A stretch of DNA of 64,000 bases, taken from positions 5,344,001-5,408,000 of the forward strand of contig OZ220741.1 of NCBI GenBank assembly GCA_965116885.1, written 5' to 3'. Source of the stretch: Candidatus Latescibacterota bacterium. GTDB lineage: Bacteria > Latescibacterota > UBA2968. Of this stretch, positions 16,295 to 27,111 are shown piece after piece (position 1 is the stretch's first letter; the number at the start of each line of letters is the position of its first letter). The translations under genes were made by a program, and so were the position numbers. The notes beneath the pieces are model-generated. The model saw only the letters and a list, made by a program, of their open reading frames with translations. It searched no databases and had not been told where the DNA came from.

Positions 16295-18526
16295 ATGAAA
16301 CATCTCCCCACATCCACAACGCAATGGGCAAAGGTCCTCCTCCTTCTGTCTTTCGCTATGCCCGCCCTTGCACAGAATCACGCCTTTATACAGGGTCAGG
16401 TACTCGACGAAACAGATCGCCCAGTAGCCTATGTCAACGTACAAATCACGGGCACTCTCGACGGCGCAATCACCGATCGCGACGGCCGCTTTGCCTTCTC
16501 CACACAGCACATGGGCAAATGCAAATTACACGCATCCTTCATCGGCTATGAACCCGCTCAGCAAACCCTGTATCTAACGCCCGGCGATACCACAACCGTT
16601 CGCCTGATCCTGCGCCTCGTCCTCATCGAACTCGACGAAACCACTGTCACGGCAAGCACCTATACCACTGGGGAAGACGAAACCGTAACCCTCTCCCCCC
16701 TGGACGTCGTGACAACACCTGGCGCTTCTGCCGATATATTCCGCGCATTCAAAACCTTCCCCGGCGTTGCAACTGTTGACGATGGCGCTGGCCTCTTTGT
16801 GCGCGGAGGCGACGTAAGCGAAACCGTCATATTACTCGGACAAGCCACAGTCGTGCATCCCTACAAATACGAATCGCCCACTGGCGGCGTCTTCGGCACC
16901 ATATCTCCCTTTATGGTACAGGGCACCGTCTTCTCCACAGGCGGATTTCCCGCGCGCTATGGCAACGCGCTTTCCGCTGTCCTGTCCATGGAAACCCAGA
17001 ACATGCCCGCGCAGAAAAGCTACACACTCAACCTGGGCCTCGCCGCTGGCTCTCTCGGCCTCGACCGGCCCCTTGTATCCGACAAATTGGGCGTACGCTT
17101 CACCGGCAACCTCAGCTTTACCGATCTCTTATTTCGCATCAACCGCCACAGCAGCGCATTCACTACCACGCCGCGCGGACACGACGGCAACCTCAATTTG
17201 ATCTACCAGTACTCGCCGACCGGACGCCTCAAATTCTTCAGCTTCAACGCGAGCGACCGCCTCGGCGTGCGCGTCACAGAACCCTCCTTTGACGGCATTT
17301 ACAAAGGCAGTTCCAACAGCGCGTTGCACAACCTCGAGTGGATGGAGGTATTCGCCAATTGGGTCATAGAGACCAGCGCCTCGCTCAACCACCACACTGC
17401 GCGAAAACAACTGGGCAATCTGGATTTCTCGCCCCGCGACCTGACCCTCAAACTTCGCACCGACATAGAACGCGCCCTCACCACATCTGCGTTCTTGCGC
17501 CTCGGCGGCGAAATCGAACACACAGACAACCGATTCGTAGGCAGCATACCCCAGGGCGATATATTCGATCCCCAGGCAGAGATCTTTGAACTCGATACAT
17601 CCTACGGTGCCCGGCGCGCGGGTGCCTACTTTGAAATCGACTTTGAACCTGCCCACCGCATCTCGGTCAATCTCGGCACACGCGCCGATCACCACAACCT
17701 GGGCGACCAGTTTGCCATAGACCCGCGCATATCTGCGCGCTACCAGATCACCAAACACACAGACGCACGCCTCGCCTGGGGCATCTACCACCAATTTCCC
17801 GACCCGTCCAAATACAACGCCACCAACGGCAATCCCAATATAGGACCTCAACGCGCACAACACAGAATCATCGGCCTGCACCACGAACGCGACCAGTTCA
17901 TGATACGCCTGGAAGCATACCACAAACCCTACCGCAACCTCGTACTGGATCATCCCGACCTGAATATCTCCAATGACGGCAAAGGCCGTGCCTCTGGCTT
18001 AGACCTCTTCCTCAAACGCGGCGATTTTCTCAGCACGCGCTTCAGCGGATGGATGGCCTACAGCCTGCTGAGATCACGCCGCTTGCAGGTGCGCCACATC
18101 GGATCAGAGATGCTCTACGAAGAAGCCCCATCGCCTTATGGCATCACGCACAACCTGACACTCGTCGCAAAAATGCGGCTCATAGACGACCTCAGCGGCG
18201 GCCTGACTGTGAAATATGCCACGGGTCGTCCCATCACCCCAATCGTGGGCGCAATTCCCGTAGCAGACCAGAACTACTACCTGCCCATTGAAGGACGCGT
18301 CGGTTCAGAACGGCTACCGTCCTTTCGGCAAGTGGATGGACAACTGAGCTATTTGCTGCCCTTTGGCGCGAATCACCAGATCATCTTCTATTTGGCGATC
18401 AACAATTTGCTCAACCGCGCCAATGTGCTCGACTACGATTACTCTATAGACTACAGCCAACGCCAGCCCCGCACCACCTTTAGCAGATCCATTTACTTCG
18501 GAGCCACCGTTACCTTAAACCCATAG
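16295..18526 (+). CDS. TonB-dependent receptor with N-terminal carboxypeptidase-regulatory-like domain
   Basis: Signal peptide, IQGQVLD...GAITDRDGRF, plug motif LFVRGG, FSTGGFPARYGNALS and beta-barrel C-terminus. Confidence 0.88.
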   Translation: MKHLPTSTTQWAKVLLLLSFAMPALAQNHAFIQGQVLDETDRPVAYVNVQITGTLDGAITDRDGRFAFSTQHMGKCKLHASFIGYEPAQQTLYLTPGDTTTVRLILRLVLIELDETTVTASTYTTGEDETVTLSPLDVVTTPGASADIFRAFKTFPGVATVDDGAGLFVRGGDVSETVILLGQATVVHPYKYESPTGGVFGTISPFMVQGTVFSTGGFPARYGNALSAVLSMETQNMPAQKSYTLNLGLAAGSLGLDRPLVSDKLGVRFTGNLSFTDLLFRINRHSSAFTTTPRGHDGNLNLIYQYSPTGRLKFFSFNASDRLGVRVTEPSFDGIYKGSSNSALHNLEWMEVFANWVIETSASLNHHTARKQLGNLDFSPRDLTLKLRTDIERALTTSAFLRLGGEIEHTDNRFVGSIPQGDIFDPQAEIFELDTSYGARRAGAYFEIDFEPAHRISVNLGTRADHHNLGDQFAIDPRISARYQITKHTDARLAWGIYHQFPDPSKYNATNGNPNIGPQRAQHRIIGLHHERDQFMIRLEAYHKPYRNLVLDHPDLNISNDGKGRASGLDLFLKRGDFLSTRFSGWMAYSLLRSRRLQVRHIGSEMLYEEAPSPYGITHNLTLVAKMRLIDDLSGGLTVKYATGRPITPIVGAIPVADQNYYLPIEGRVGSERLPSFRQVDGQLSYLLPFGANHQIIFYLAINNLLNRANVLDYDYSIDYSQRQPRTTFSRSIYFGATVTLNP

Positions 18527-18542
18527 ACTCAGGAGAACAGCC

Positions 18543-19397
18543 ATGCAATACATTTTACTCGCGCTCATCGTCCCTCTCATCATCTTCACAAAACTCGGAT
18601 GTGCGGCTGCGCGGCAATCAACCCATGAGCAAAATTCCGGTCCGCCGACTGTCAAATCTGACGAACCCGCACAACCCGCCGCCGATCTCCTCACCAGCGG
18701 CAAAAATATCCTTCAACAGGGTATAAACGAGAACAATCTCGACGCCCTGTACACCGCCCGGGCGACATTCGAACGCGCCCTCACCGATAAAAATCTATCG
18801 GCATGGAGCCATTACTACATCGCCCTCACCGACTACCGCATCGCCAACTATCTCTTAGCCCAGGGCAAAAAGAACAAAGACCAGGCGTCTAAGCACCTCA
18901 AGGAAGCGGCTGAACATCTGGAAGGAGCCACCCGAAAAGAAGCCTCTGGAGAAGATGCCAAAACGATCGTTGCCGAAGTCTATGCACTGCTATCAAGCGT
19001 ATATGGGCGGCAAATCAGCCTGAGTGGAATCAAAGGCATATTCCTCGGACCCAAATCCGGCAACCTCTTAAAAAAAGCCGAACAACTCGCACCCGACAAT
19101 CCGCGTGTGGTCCTGACCGCGGCCATCAGTGCTTTTAACACACCCAAAATGTGGGGTGGAAGCAAAGAACGGGCAATAGAAGGATTCCAACGCGCCGCAT
19201 ATCTCTTTGCACGAGAAAAACCAACCGATCCCATCCATCCCGTCTGGGGACACAGCGAGACCTATGCCTGGCTGGGCATCGCGTATATGGACCGCGATGA
19301 GGAAGATTCAGCGCGGGCGGCTTTTGAAAAAGCGCTCGAAATTGATCCAGATAATGGCTGGGTCAAATACGAATTATTGCCCAAGGTGTCAGGATAG
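18543..19397 (+). CDS. exported TPR-repeat protein (possible lipoprotein)
   Basis: Hydrophobic N-terminus ending LGC; APDNPR, TPKMWGG and FEKALEIDPD TPR motifs. Confidence 0.75.
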   Translation: MQYILLALIVPLIIFTKLGCAAARQSTHEQNSGPPTVKSDEPAQPAADLLTSGKNILQQGINENNLDALYTARATFERALTDKNLSAWSHYYIALTDYRIANYLLAQGKKNKDQASKHLKEAAEHLEGATRKEASGEDAKTIVAEVYALLSSVYGRQISLSGIKGIFLGPKSGNLLKKAEQLAPDNPRVVLTAAISAFNTPKMWGGSKERAIEGFQRAAYLFAREKPTDPIHPVWGHSETYAWLGIAYMDRDEEDSARAAFEKALEIDPDNGWVKYELLPKVSG

Positions 19398-19414
19398 CAT
19401 AAGTAACGCATTAT

Positions 19415-19460
19415 AAAAAGAAAGACCGCGAGTCGAAACATCTCGCGGTCTTTCTTTTTT
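19415..19460. terminator. intrinsic terminator
   Basis: AAAAAGAAAGACCGCGAG-loop-CTCGCGGTCTTTCTTTTT. Confidence 0.88.
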
Positions 19461-19550
19461 AAAAATCGGTTGACAGCGTCTTCAATCGCCTATTACATTT
19501 GATCTCTCCCAAACAAAAATAGCAAAAACCCAACTCACAAAGGAACGCAC

Positions 19551-20639
19551 ATGTCCAACGACAACATCATTCGCGTCGCCATCGGCGGTCAGGGTCGCAG
19601 TGGATACAACATCCACGCCAAACAATTGAACCAGATGCCCGACAAATTCAAAATTGTAGCCGTAGCCGATCAATTGCCCGAGCGCAGGCGCGATGCCCGC
19701 GAACAATTTGGAGCCGAAGCTTATGAAGACTGGCAAGACATGATCAAAGCGGGGGGATTTGATCTCTTTGTCAATGCCCTCCACCAGCCCCTGCACCCCG
19801 TCGCCAGCATTGCCGCTCTCCAGGCGGGTAACCATGTCGTATGCGAAAAACCCACCTGCAAAACCGTGGCGCAATTCGACGACATCGTTCAGACAGCCAC
19901 AGACAACAACCGCGTCTTTGCTCCCTTTCAAAACAACCGGTTGCAGCCCTACTTCGACAAAATGCAGGAAATCATCAACTCGGGCGTTTTGGGTAAAATT
20001 GTGTACATCCGATCCTCCTGGGGCGGTTTTTCGCGGCGCTGGGACTGGCAAACCCGTCAGGAAAACTGGGGCGGTGGCCTGCTCAACACAGGACCTCATC
20101 CCGTAGATCAAGCCCTCTGCCTCTTTGGCTTCGACCACACCCCCAGCGTCTTTGCCCGAATGGACTGCAACAACCCCTTTGAAGGCGACGCCGACGATCA
20201 CTGCACCGTCACATTGTACGACCCCGAACGACAGGCACCCCAAATCGACATCGTCGTGAGCAACTACCTGCATTATCCGCAAAACGACACCTACACCATT
20301 AACGGCACCTATGGCGGTCTCACAGGGGGATCATCAGCACTCAAATGGCGTTATTTTGACCCCGAAAAAGCACCCAAACACGACATGTGGACCTGGTCGG
20401 TAAACCGACAATACACCCGCGAGGAACTCGACTGGATCGAAGAAACGTGGACACTCGAAGAAGAGAAGAAAAGCAACACCCCCTCCGTCTCACTCGAAAG
20501 CGGTCCCGCACGCTTCTACAACAACATCCACGACGCCCTCAAAAACAACGGCGAACTCCTCATCACCCCCGCGCAAGTACGCACACAAATCGCCGTGATA
20601 GAAGAATCCCATCGTCAAAATCCACTCCCTAAAAAATAA
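19551..20639 (+). CDS. Gfo/Idh/MocA oxidoreductase
   Basis: GQGRSG, HVVCEKP, FQNNR and GGGLLNTGPHPVDQ motifs. Confidence 0.88.
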   Translation: MSNDNIIRVAIGGQGRSGYNIHAKQLNQMPDKFKIVAVADQLPERRRDAREQFGAEAYEDWQDMIKAGGFDLFVNALHQPLHPVASIAALQAGNHVVCEKPTCKTVAQFDDIVQTATDNNRVFAPFQNNRLQPYFDKMQEIINSGVLGKIVYIRSSWGGFSRRWDWQTRQENWGGGLLNTGPHPVDQALCLFGFDHTPSVFARMDCNNPFEGDADDHCTVTLYDPERQAPQIDIVVSNYLHYPQNDTYTINGTYGGLTGGSSALKWRYFDPEKAPKHDMWTWSVNRQYTREELDWIEETWTLEEEKKSNTPSVSLESGPARFYNNIHDALKNNGELLITPAQVRTQIAVIEESHRQNPLPKK

Positions 20640-20660
20640 AGCACAACAAAGGAACCCCCC

Positions 20661-21512
20661 ATGAGCATCCCCATCTTAGACACCCATCAACACCTCATCT
20701 ACCCGGACAAATATCCCTATTCGTGGACCAATGACCTCGCACCACTCAAAGGCAATGCCTTCCACATCGAAGACTATTTGACCCTCACAAAAGACAGCGG
20801 CATCACCCGCACCATTTTCATGGAAGCCTCGCCCGATGACCCCCACTGGCATGACGAAACGCAATTTGTTTATGAATTATCCGAACAACCCAATGCCATA
20901 ATCGAAGGCGTCATCGCCAACTGCCGTCCCGAATCCCCCTCTGGATTTGAAGCCTATATCGAATCTGTCCAGCACCCCAAACTCGTCGGCTTCCGCCGCA
21001 TCCTGCACACCATGCCCGACGACCTCTCCCAATCGGATCACTTCGCAACAAACATCCGCCTGCTCGAAAAATACAACCTCACCTTCGACCTCTGCTTCCG
21101 CGCCGACCAACTCCCCATCGCCCGCAACCTCGCGCAAAAATGTCCAGACGTCCAATTCATCCTCGACCACTGCGGCGTACCGGATATTGCAAACAGCGAG
21201 ACAGACCCCTGGCGCGACCATATCGCACAAATAGCCGCCCTCCCCAATGTCGCATGCAAAATATCGGGCGTCCTCGCCTATTGCGCCGAGGGAAACGCCA
21301 CCACCGAAGCAGTACGCCCTTATGTCGAACACTGCATCGCCAGCTTTGGCTGGAATCGCGTGGTCTGGGGCAGCGACTGGCCCGTATGCAACACGCGGTC
21401 CGATATCCAAACCTGGGTCCAAACATCGCGCGAAATCGTCGCCAATGCCGACGTGGCGGATCAGGAAAAACTCTTTCATAAGAACGCAGAACGCATCTAT
21501 TTGAAAAAATAA
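20661..21512 (+). CDS. amidohydrolase 2 family (sugar lactonase-like)
   Basis: DTHQH, GFRRILH, ILDHCG.P, CKISG and WGSDWP motifs. Confidence 0.85.
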   Translation: MSIPILDTHQHLIYPDKYPYSWTNDLAPLKGNAFHIEDYLTLTKDSGITRTIFMEASPDDPHWHDETQFVYELSEQPNAIIEGVIANCRPESPSGFEAYIESVQHPKLVGFRRILHTMPDDLSQSDHFATNIRLLEKYNLTFDLCFRADQLPIARNLAQKCPDVQFILDHCGVPDIANSETDPWRDHIAQIAALPNVACKISGVLAYCAEGNATTEAVRPYVEHCIASFGWNRVVWGSDWPVCNTRSDIQTWVQTSREIVANADVADQEKLFHKNAERIYLKK

Positions 21513-21518
21513 TAACGG

Positions 21519-22322
21519 TCACCCCACACGCGCACTCAACCCCCCATCCACCGGAAGCAAAACGCCCGTAATATACCTCGCCTCATCTGAAGCGAGGAAC
21601 ACCGCGGCAGCAGCCACATCCCACGCCGACCCCATTCTTTGTTCAAGAGGCACCTGTGCAGCGCGCTCTTCACGAAGCGCATTCCGGTTGACACCCTGAT
21701 CTTGAACGCGGGATTCAATCGCCATCGGCGTATCCATCAGACCGGGCAGAATCGCATTTACGCGCACGCCATAAGGCGCATTTTCAAGCGCGAGATTCTG
21801 CGTAAACGCATTGATCCCCGCCTTGGCGATTTTGTACGCAAGCGTCCTGGGACGAAAACACACAGCCGCCGTAGAAGAAATATTGATAATAACGCCGCTT
21901 CCTTGCGCGCGCATAACGGGAAGCACATATTTACACGTCAGAAACAACCCCTTGAGATTAATATCCATAAGTCGCTGCCAGTCTTCACCACTCAGATCAA
22001 CAGAACCCCCGTCTCCCCTCAGCGTACCGACATTATTGTGCAAAACATCGATACGCCCATAGCGATGGACACAAGTCTCACCAATAGCCCGACAATCGCC
22101 TTCAATCGTAATATCTGCGCCGAGCACCGACGTACGCCCCTTCTCCTGTGCAATCATCCGCGCAGTCTCTTCCGCAGACGCGACGTCTTTATCCACCAGA
22201 AGCACCTGCGCGCCCGCTCTGGCAAAGCGAATAGCCGTCGCACGTCCATTGCCAATGGTCTCGCCCGCCGACTGTCCTGCGCCAACGACAATCGCTATTT
22301 TATCTTTAAGCTGCATATTCAT
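21519..22322 (-). CDS. short-chain dehydrogenase/reductase
   Basis: G..IGNGRA, NNVG, YKIAK (YxxxK), RVNAILPG and VDGG motifs. ATGA overlap with the upstream gene. Confidence 0.88.
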   Translation of the reverse strand: MNMQLKDKIAIVVGAGQSAGETIGNGRATAIRFARAGAQVLLVDKDVASAEETARMIAQEKGRTSVLGADITIEGDCRAIGETCVHRYGRIDVLHNNVGTLRGDGGSVDLSGEDWQRLMDINLKGLFLTCKYVLPVMRAQGSGVIINISSTAAVCFRPRTLAYKIAKAGINAFTQNLALENAPYGVRVNAILPGLMDTPMAIESRVQDQGVNRNALREERAAQVPLEQRMGSAWDVAAAAVFLASDEARYITGVLLPVDGGLSARVG

Positions 22323-23545
22323 TCTACCGCGCACTCTTGCACAACATCCGATTCCATATTGACAAACGTATTCCCCTCAATCACCGTTCCGCGTGCTTCG
22401 CGCTCAATCGCAATCCCCACCTTCTGCTTCTCTCCCCCCGAATCCTCAATCCGATTATCTCGAATCTCCACATCATACGTCGTACCGCGAATCTCAATCC
22501 CATACCCATTCTCGGCAAAACCATTATCGCGGATCACACACGAATGAATCGCATTCCTGTGCGCCCCTCGAAACTCGGATAACGGCGTCCGGAACAAAAT
22601 GCCCACCTTGTGATTATCCGCAATCTCGCAATTGACAATCCGGTTATCCGTATCTCTGTGCCCAATTGAAATGCCAAAATCCCGATTGTCCAAACACGCG
22701 CAATTCTTCGCCACACCATCCGACACACCCCAGCAAAAGAAAATCCCCTGACTATTGCCCGTTGACCGGCAATTGAGAAACTGCGGCCTTTGTGATCCGC
22801 TACCCGGATGAAACCCCAGATTGGCATTGTTCTCCGACACACAATTTTCAAAAACAAAATCATCGCAAACCTGAAAACTGAACCCATCGCCATTGTAATT
22901 GCGCGCCGTCACATTCCGAAAAGCATAGCGGTGACAGCGCTGCAAAAACACCGCACCCGAATAATTCCCATTGATCTCTTCATTCTCCTCCATATTGCCA
23001 TCCAGAACGATATTCTCAATCGCGACATCGCAAACCCCTTCTTCCGCCGTCAAAATGGGGAAAATCGTCGCCAGCGTCGCCCGTTCATCCAGCCACATAT
23101 TTTTGTACACGCGCTTGCTAAGCGAAATCACCCGCCCCTCAATCGCCGTCACAGTATCTTTCACCACCGTCATCCCGGACTTGCCATAAGACCGCAACAT
23201 CACCCCGCATCCCACGCCAAACCCCTGTGCATCTTCCACCTCGACCCGCGCCTCATACCAATCGGAATCCCGCACCAGATGCGTAACAACTCCCTCCGCC
23301 TTCTTCAACACCGTCGCACTACCCGACCCACGCACAGTCAAATTTGGATGCAGATAAAGCGCATTCTGCATCGTATAGACCCCCGGCAAAATCTGCAAAA
23401 CACCGCCGCCCAGGCGATGCAAATAATCCGCACCAGCCTGCAAAATCCGATCATCGCCCCCCTGCAAATCCCCCTCGCTCTGCCCCACTGTCAACACCAT
23501 CTCCCGCCGCTCTGTCATAGGCCGATTAGCAGAAAAATCCGACAT
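22319..23545 (-). CDS. right-handed parallel beta-helix protein (pectin lyase-like fold)
   Basis: LQAGADYL...GGGVLQILPGVY and repeated N-x-G-x-G-F/I beta-helix coils. GAGGAG RBS before MSDFS. Confidence 0.75.
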   Translation of the reverse strand: MSDFSANRPMTERREMVLTVGQSEGDLQGGDDRILQAGADYLHRLGGGVLQILPGVYTMQNALYLHPNLTVRGSGSATVLKKAEGVVTHLVRDSDWYEARVEVEDAQGFGVGCGVMLRSYGKSGMTVVKDTVTAIEGRVISLSKRVYKNMWLDERATLATIFPILTAEEGVCDVAIENIVLDGNMEENEEINGNYSGAVFLQRCHRYAFRNVTARNYNGDGFSFQVCDDFVFENCVSENNANLGFHPGSGSQRPQFLNCRSTGNSQGIFFCWGVSDGVAKNCACLDNRDFGISIGHRDTDNRIVNCEIADNHKVGILFRTPLSEFRGAHRNAIHSCVIRDNGFAENGYGIEIRGTTYDVEIRDNRIEDSGGEKQKVGIAIEREARGTVIEGNTFVNMESDVVQECAVE

Positions 23546-23701
23546 GTCGAAGCTCCTCAAATTCACAAACTGCTCGCAAATGACAAAATGAGAAATAAAA
23601 AAATTCCGCTACCAAGATTTGACAGCGGAGTAAGTAGCATATTTCCATGGGCCTGTCAAGAAAGATATACGGTTCTTTAATCCGTATCATGACGCCTATG
23701 G

Positions 23702-26260
23702 CTAACGATTCGTCTGATAATTTATCAAGCTGCCCGCGGGTATGCCCCCATAATCCTCCACCCGTTTGTTATCCCGGTCGCTCTCGTGAAGCGGCGGCGT
23801 GTAGGTTAGCATCACATCTTGAGCCGCGAAGGTCGCCCCTGCCTGCCCCGTCCAACTCAGGTCTATTGTAACCGTACTCCCGTCATTGGCGAGGTAATTT
23901 TCTCTTTGATAACGGACGCCTTCGATCATTATCGCACCCTGCACACCCTGTATCAAGACCGCGTAGGCGTCAGAGGGGACCTCTGTGACCGGGTTCAGTT
24001 TCTCGTTGTAGATCAACTTTAGTTCCCCGGTATAAGAGCCTGCGCTTATCTCCTCTGTTCCCAGCGTCATTCCTATCAGCGTTGGCGGTGTTCGGTCTGG
24101 TGGCAGAAAATCTGGCAGTGGCGTATTGCGAATCGTTTCCCATTCCGTGCGAAGGGCTTTGAGCCAATCCGGGATGGTGCCATGCCGCAGTTCGAGTTGT
24201 GCGTCGAAAAGCGATTCTGGCTCAACCGCACTGCCCTGGGATTCGTTAAGCTGGACAGTGTTTTCATTAAAGGTGGCCGCATTGCCGTGAAAGCCAACGA
24301 TGATGGGTTTTATCACGACGCGGCCCTGTTGATCAGGACCCCGATTCCAAAAATCGTAATGTTGCGACGCTGGTCCCTGATGAAAATTCCAGGCCACAAA
24401 ATGTCCGAGATGATGAGGGCAATTCCGTGAGCAAACACCACTGCTGCCACCCAGATTGCCACCGTTCACGCGGTCAAACAGGGTAGCAATGGGTTCTCCG
24501 CTTCTTTGAGCGTGAAAGTCAAGTGATGCGGGATAATCATAACGATAGTACACGTTTCCGGAGCGTGGACCCTGTATATTGGGACCGTGTTGATGCCCTG
24601 CGAGGTCTTCTGAAAGACCGATCCACGAGTGGTCCGTGTTCCCCAAAAAAGCAAAATGACCCTGATTTCCCGCCAGTGTGACGTGATAAACGGATATGGC
24701 TGATCCATTAATGCCCAGTGCGATACTGGTGTTGATAAACGAGACGCGCCGAACCCAGGAATTGACACAACCTCGGAGTTGGAGCATATACCAGCTATAA
24801 TCGTGAATATAATTCTTATGATGGACAAAATCACCTGTCCACGATCCCTGAAAACTGATGTCTTCAACGCCAACTTCCTCAAGGAACCGGTATTCGTGTA
24901 CCTCCCAACCATAGCTGCTGTTGACATTGGCGTGCAGGGGTTCATGAAAGCGCATCCGGTTGTTTTGGATTTCAGCAATGCGGTGCGTTTCATCCACGAT
25001 AACCCCCCTTTTACTAATTTCCCAATCGGAACTTGGTGTGAACCCACCCATAAAATCAGCGATTGCCGCAGTGCTTTCCATCTTCAGCGTAACCCACTCA
25101 CCCACATTGAACTGGGAAGCATCTGCGACTGTGATCCAAAAGGTTTCGCGGAGAGCATCTTCTGTAACAGAGGTGCTTTTTCTCGAGTTGCCCCTATACC
25201 TGAACAGAAACATGGGATGCCAACCCCCATCAGAACCCAGGGATCTTTTGTACATGCTGTTCACCTGCCGGATGACTGTGCCCCCGGCTCGGCTGCCGCT
25301 TCCCCTGAGGACGATATTGCTGCTGCGAATCGCGATGGTCGTGAACTCACCCGCTTCGGTTGTATCGGCATCGGTATTGACGAGAAATTCACCTGATGGA
25401 AAAAAGATAATGCCGCTACCGTTCTGTTCCGCAGCAGCAATAGCAGCCGTAATGGCGACCTGATCAGACTGGTCATCATCGGGGATGGCACCATAAGTTG
25501 TGACATCATATATCGGTGCCATAATTTCATTGCTGTGGGGAACGGGTTTGTTGAAGTGGTGATAGCCCGCGTAGGAAAAATCGGGCAGGATAGGTTCTGT
25601 CCCATTCTCTTTGGCCTCCACAAATTGTCGATAGGTACTCGAGGTCTGTGGGGAATGGACACTGATCCTCACCGCGATGCTGTCGGTGCCTCCATGACCA
25701 TCGCGCACGTTCACCGTCACCGAGTAAACGCGCCTGATTTTGTAATCGTAAGAAACCCCTTCTCGTGTCAGAAGTTGACCGTTGCCCGAGACAATTGTGA
25801 ATGCACTCGCATCCGGTCCTCTCAGGCTGTATGTGAGGGCGTGATTATCGGCATCGGTGGCAGAAATAGGTTTGCCGATAGGCGTGCCTGCCGAGGTGTT
25901 CTCATCCACTGAGCGTATAACAGGAGAGGCGAAGGTGAATACCGGCACCTGATTTACCGCTTCGCCAAAGCTACTGACAAGGATCAGAAAATCGTCAAAT
26001 CCAATCGCGCCATCGCCATTCAGGTCGTATCTCGCCTCATACTTCTCTTCACCCTTCTGAGACCCAAACGCCCCTACAAACAGCAAAAAGTCGGGAAAAT
26101 CGACAAGCCCACTCCCGTCAAAGTCGGGGGAAGGTTCCGCAGCGAGAGATAAGGGATGACTCAACAGAACGATGAGTATAATAGCAAAACTCAAAGCATA
26201 TGGTGATCGCATGTGAAGCAGCCTGGACATGTTGAACTTTCCACAAAAGGCAGTCATCAA
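23702..26260 (-). CDS. secreted modular protein: dockerin-like EF-hand, cadherin, DUF4955-like beta-helix, SwmB-like domain
   Basis: Signal peptide, DFDGSGLVDFPDFLLF, cadherin VDEN...ATDAD...YDY, LPDFSYAGY, PESLFDAQLELR, DRTPPTL...LTYTPP. Start may be at 26230 or 26212. Confidence 0.7.
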   Translation of the reverse strand: MMTAFCGKFNMSRLLHMRSPYALSFAIILIVLLSHPLSLAAEPSPDFDGSGLVDFPDFLLFVGAFGSQKGEEKYEARYDLNGDGAIGFDDFLILVSSFGEAVNQVPVFTFASPVIRSVDENTSAGTPIGKPISATDADNHALTYSLRGPDASAFTIVSGNGQLLTREGVSYDYKIRRVYSVTVNVRDGHGGTDSIAVRISVHSPQTSSTYRQFVEAKENGTEPILPDFSYAGYHHFNKPVPHSNEIMAPIYDVTTYGAIPDDDQSDQVAITAAIAAAEQNGSGIIFFPSGEFLVNTDADTTEAGEFTTIAIRSSNIVLRGSGSRAGGTVIRQVNSMYKRSLGSDGGWHPMFLFRYRGNSRKSTSVTEDALRETFWITVADASQFNVGEWVTLKMESTAAIADFMGGFTPSSDWEISKRGVIVDETHRIAEIQNNRMRFHEPLHANVNSSYGWEVHEYRFLEEVGVEDISFQGSWTGDFVHHKNYIHDYSWYMLQLRGCVNSWVRRVSFINTSIALGINGSAISVYHVTLAGNQGHFAFLGNTDHSWIGLSEDLAGHQHGPNIQGPRSGNVYYRYDYPASLDFHAQRSGEPIATLFDRVNGGNLGGSSGVCSRNCPHHLGHFVAWNFHQGPASQHYDFWNRGPDQQGRVVIKPIIVGFHGNAATFNENTVQLNESQGSAVEPESLFDAQLELRHGTIPDWLKALRTEWETIRNTPLPDFLPPDRTPPTLIGMTLGTEEISAGSYTGELKLIYNEKLNPVTEVPSDAYAVLIQGVQGAIMIEGVRYQRENYLANDGSTVTIDLSWTGQAGATFAAQDVMLTYTPPLHESDRDNKRVEDYGGIPAGSLINYQTNR

Positions 26261-26280
26261 TCTTTTGACGGCGTAAACCT

Positions 26281-27111
26281 TTATACCTGAGCACTGACCT
26301 CATGCACCTTCAAATTCGCATATTCGCCAATCAAAGGCGCCATCTGCCGAAAACCGATCTTGCCACCGCCCAGCAAAGGCCCATACGTCTGACCATCATC
26401 CACCCAGTGAAAAATTTTCAAATCGCGAATATAAAAAACAACCTCTGCACCGCATTTGATCAGCGTAATCGGGTATGGCGGAATAGCATCGTCAACAGAA
26501 GGCAGGGGATCCGCCCCCTGACTGACCATGTGAAAACCATAACTCTTGCGCAAATTGCAAACTTGAAAGGCGCGTTCTTTGAGTGCCTTTCGCCGAAAAT
26601 AAGACACATGCAACGCATTGATATCGCTGCTGTGATACTGCTTGTATTCCCCAGCCCGCGGCGCCAATGACGAATCAAATATATCTTCACCACCTCGTCC
26701 CAAAGCAGAAAAAAACAGAATGCACAACCCCGGCTCGCGCACCGGCCAAAAATCCCATGTCACAGCAATATCCGTGGGAAAATCTTCAGGACACCAAAAA
26801 ACAAAATTCGCCGCCTGTCCTTCCCCTGGATCGCGACGGTTCTCCATTCGCATGCGACCATTCGGAAAAGTGATCGCAGCATCCCCCTCCAGCCGAAACC
26901 CTTCAATATCTGATGTGGAAGACAGCGGATTATCATAAATCAATTCGCCAAATTCAAAATTATCCATAACACCTCTCCTGATGCGTTGACGTATCGGATT
27001 CTTAGCTGCATGAACAGCCTGCCTCAAAAACAGCGGCGCACTGCCAAAAGATACTGAAAACAACGCCATCTTGCTGCATTTTATGAACGCCCTGCGAGTC
27101 CATTCCATCAT
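26281..27111 (-). CDS. YesU/DUF1961-family protein with a Tat-like N-terminal extension
   Basis: NFVFWCPEDFP, EPGLCILFF, LHVSYFRR and GGKIGFRQMAP motifs; TRRAFIK at the N-terminus; internal start at 26967. Confidence 0.75.
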   Translation of the reverse strand: MMEWTRRAFIKCSKMALFSVSFGSAPLFLRQAVHAAKNPIRQRIRRGVMDNFEFGELIYDNPLSSTSDIEGFRLEGDAAITFPNGRMRMENRRDPGEGQAANFVFWCPEDFPTDIAVTWDFWPVREPGLCILFFSALGRGGEDIFDSSLAPRAGEYKQYHSSDINALHVSYFRRKALKERAFQVCNLRKSYGFHMVSQGADPLPSVDDAIPPYPITLIKCGAEVVFYIRDLKIFHWVDDGQTYGPLLGGGKIGFRQMAPLIGEYANLKVHEVSAQV

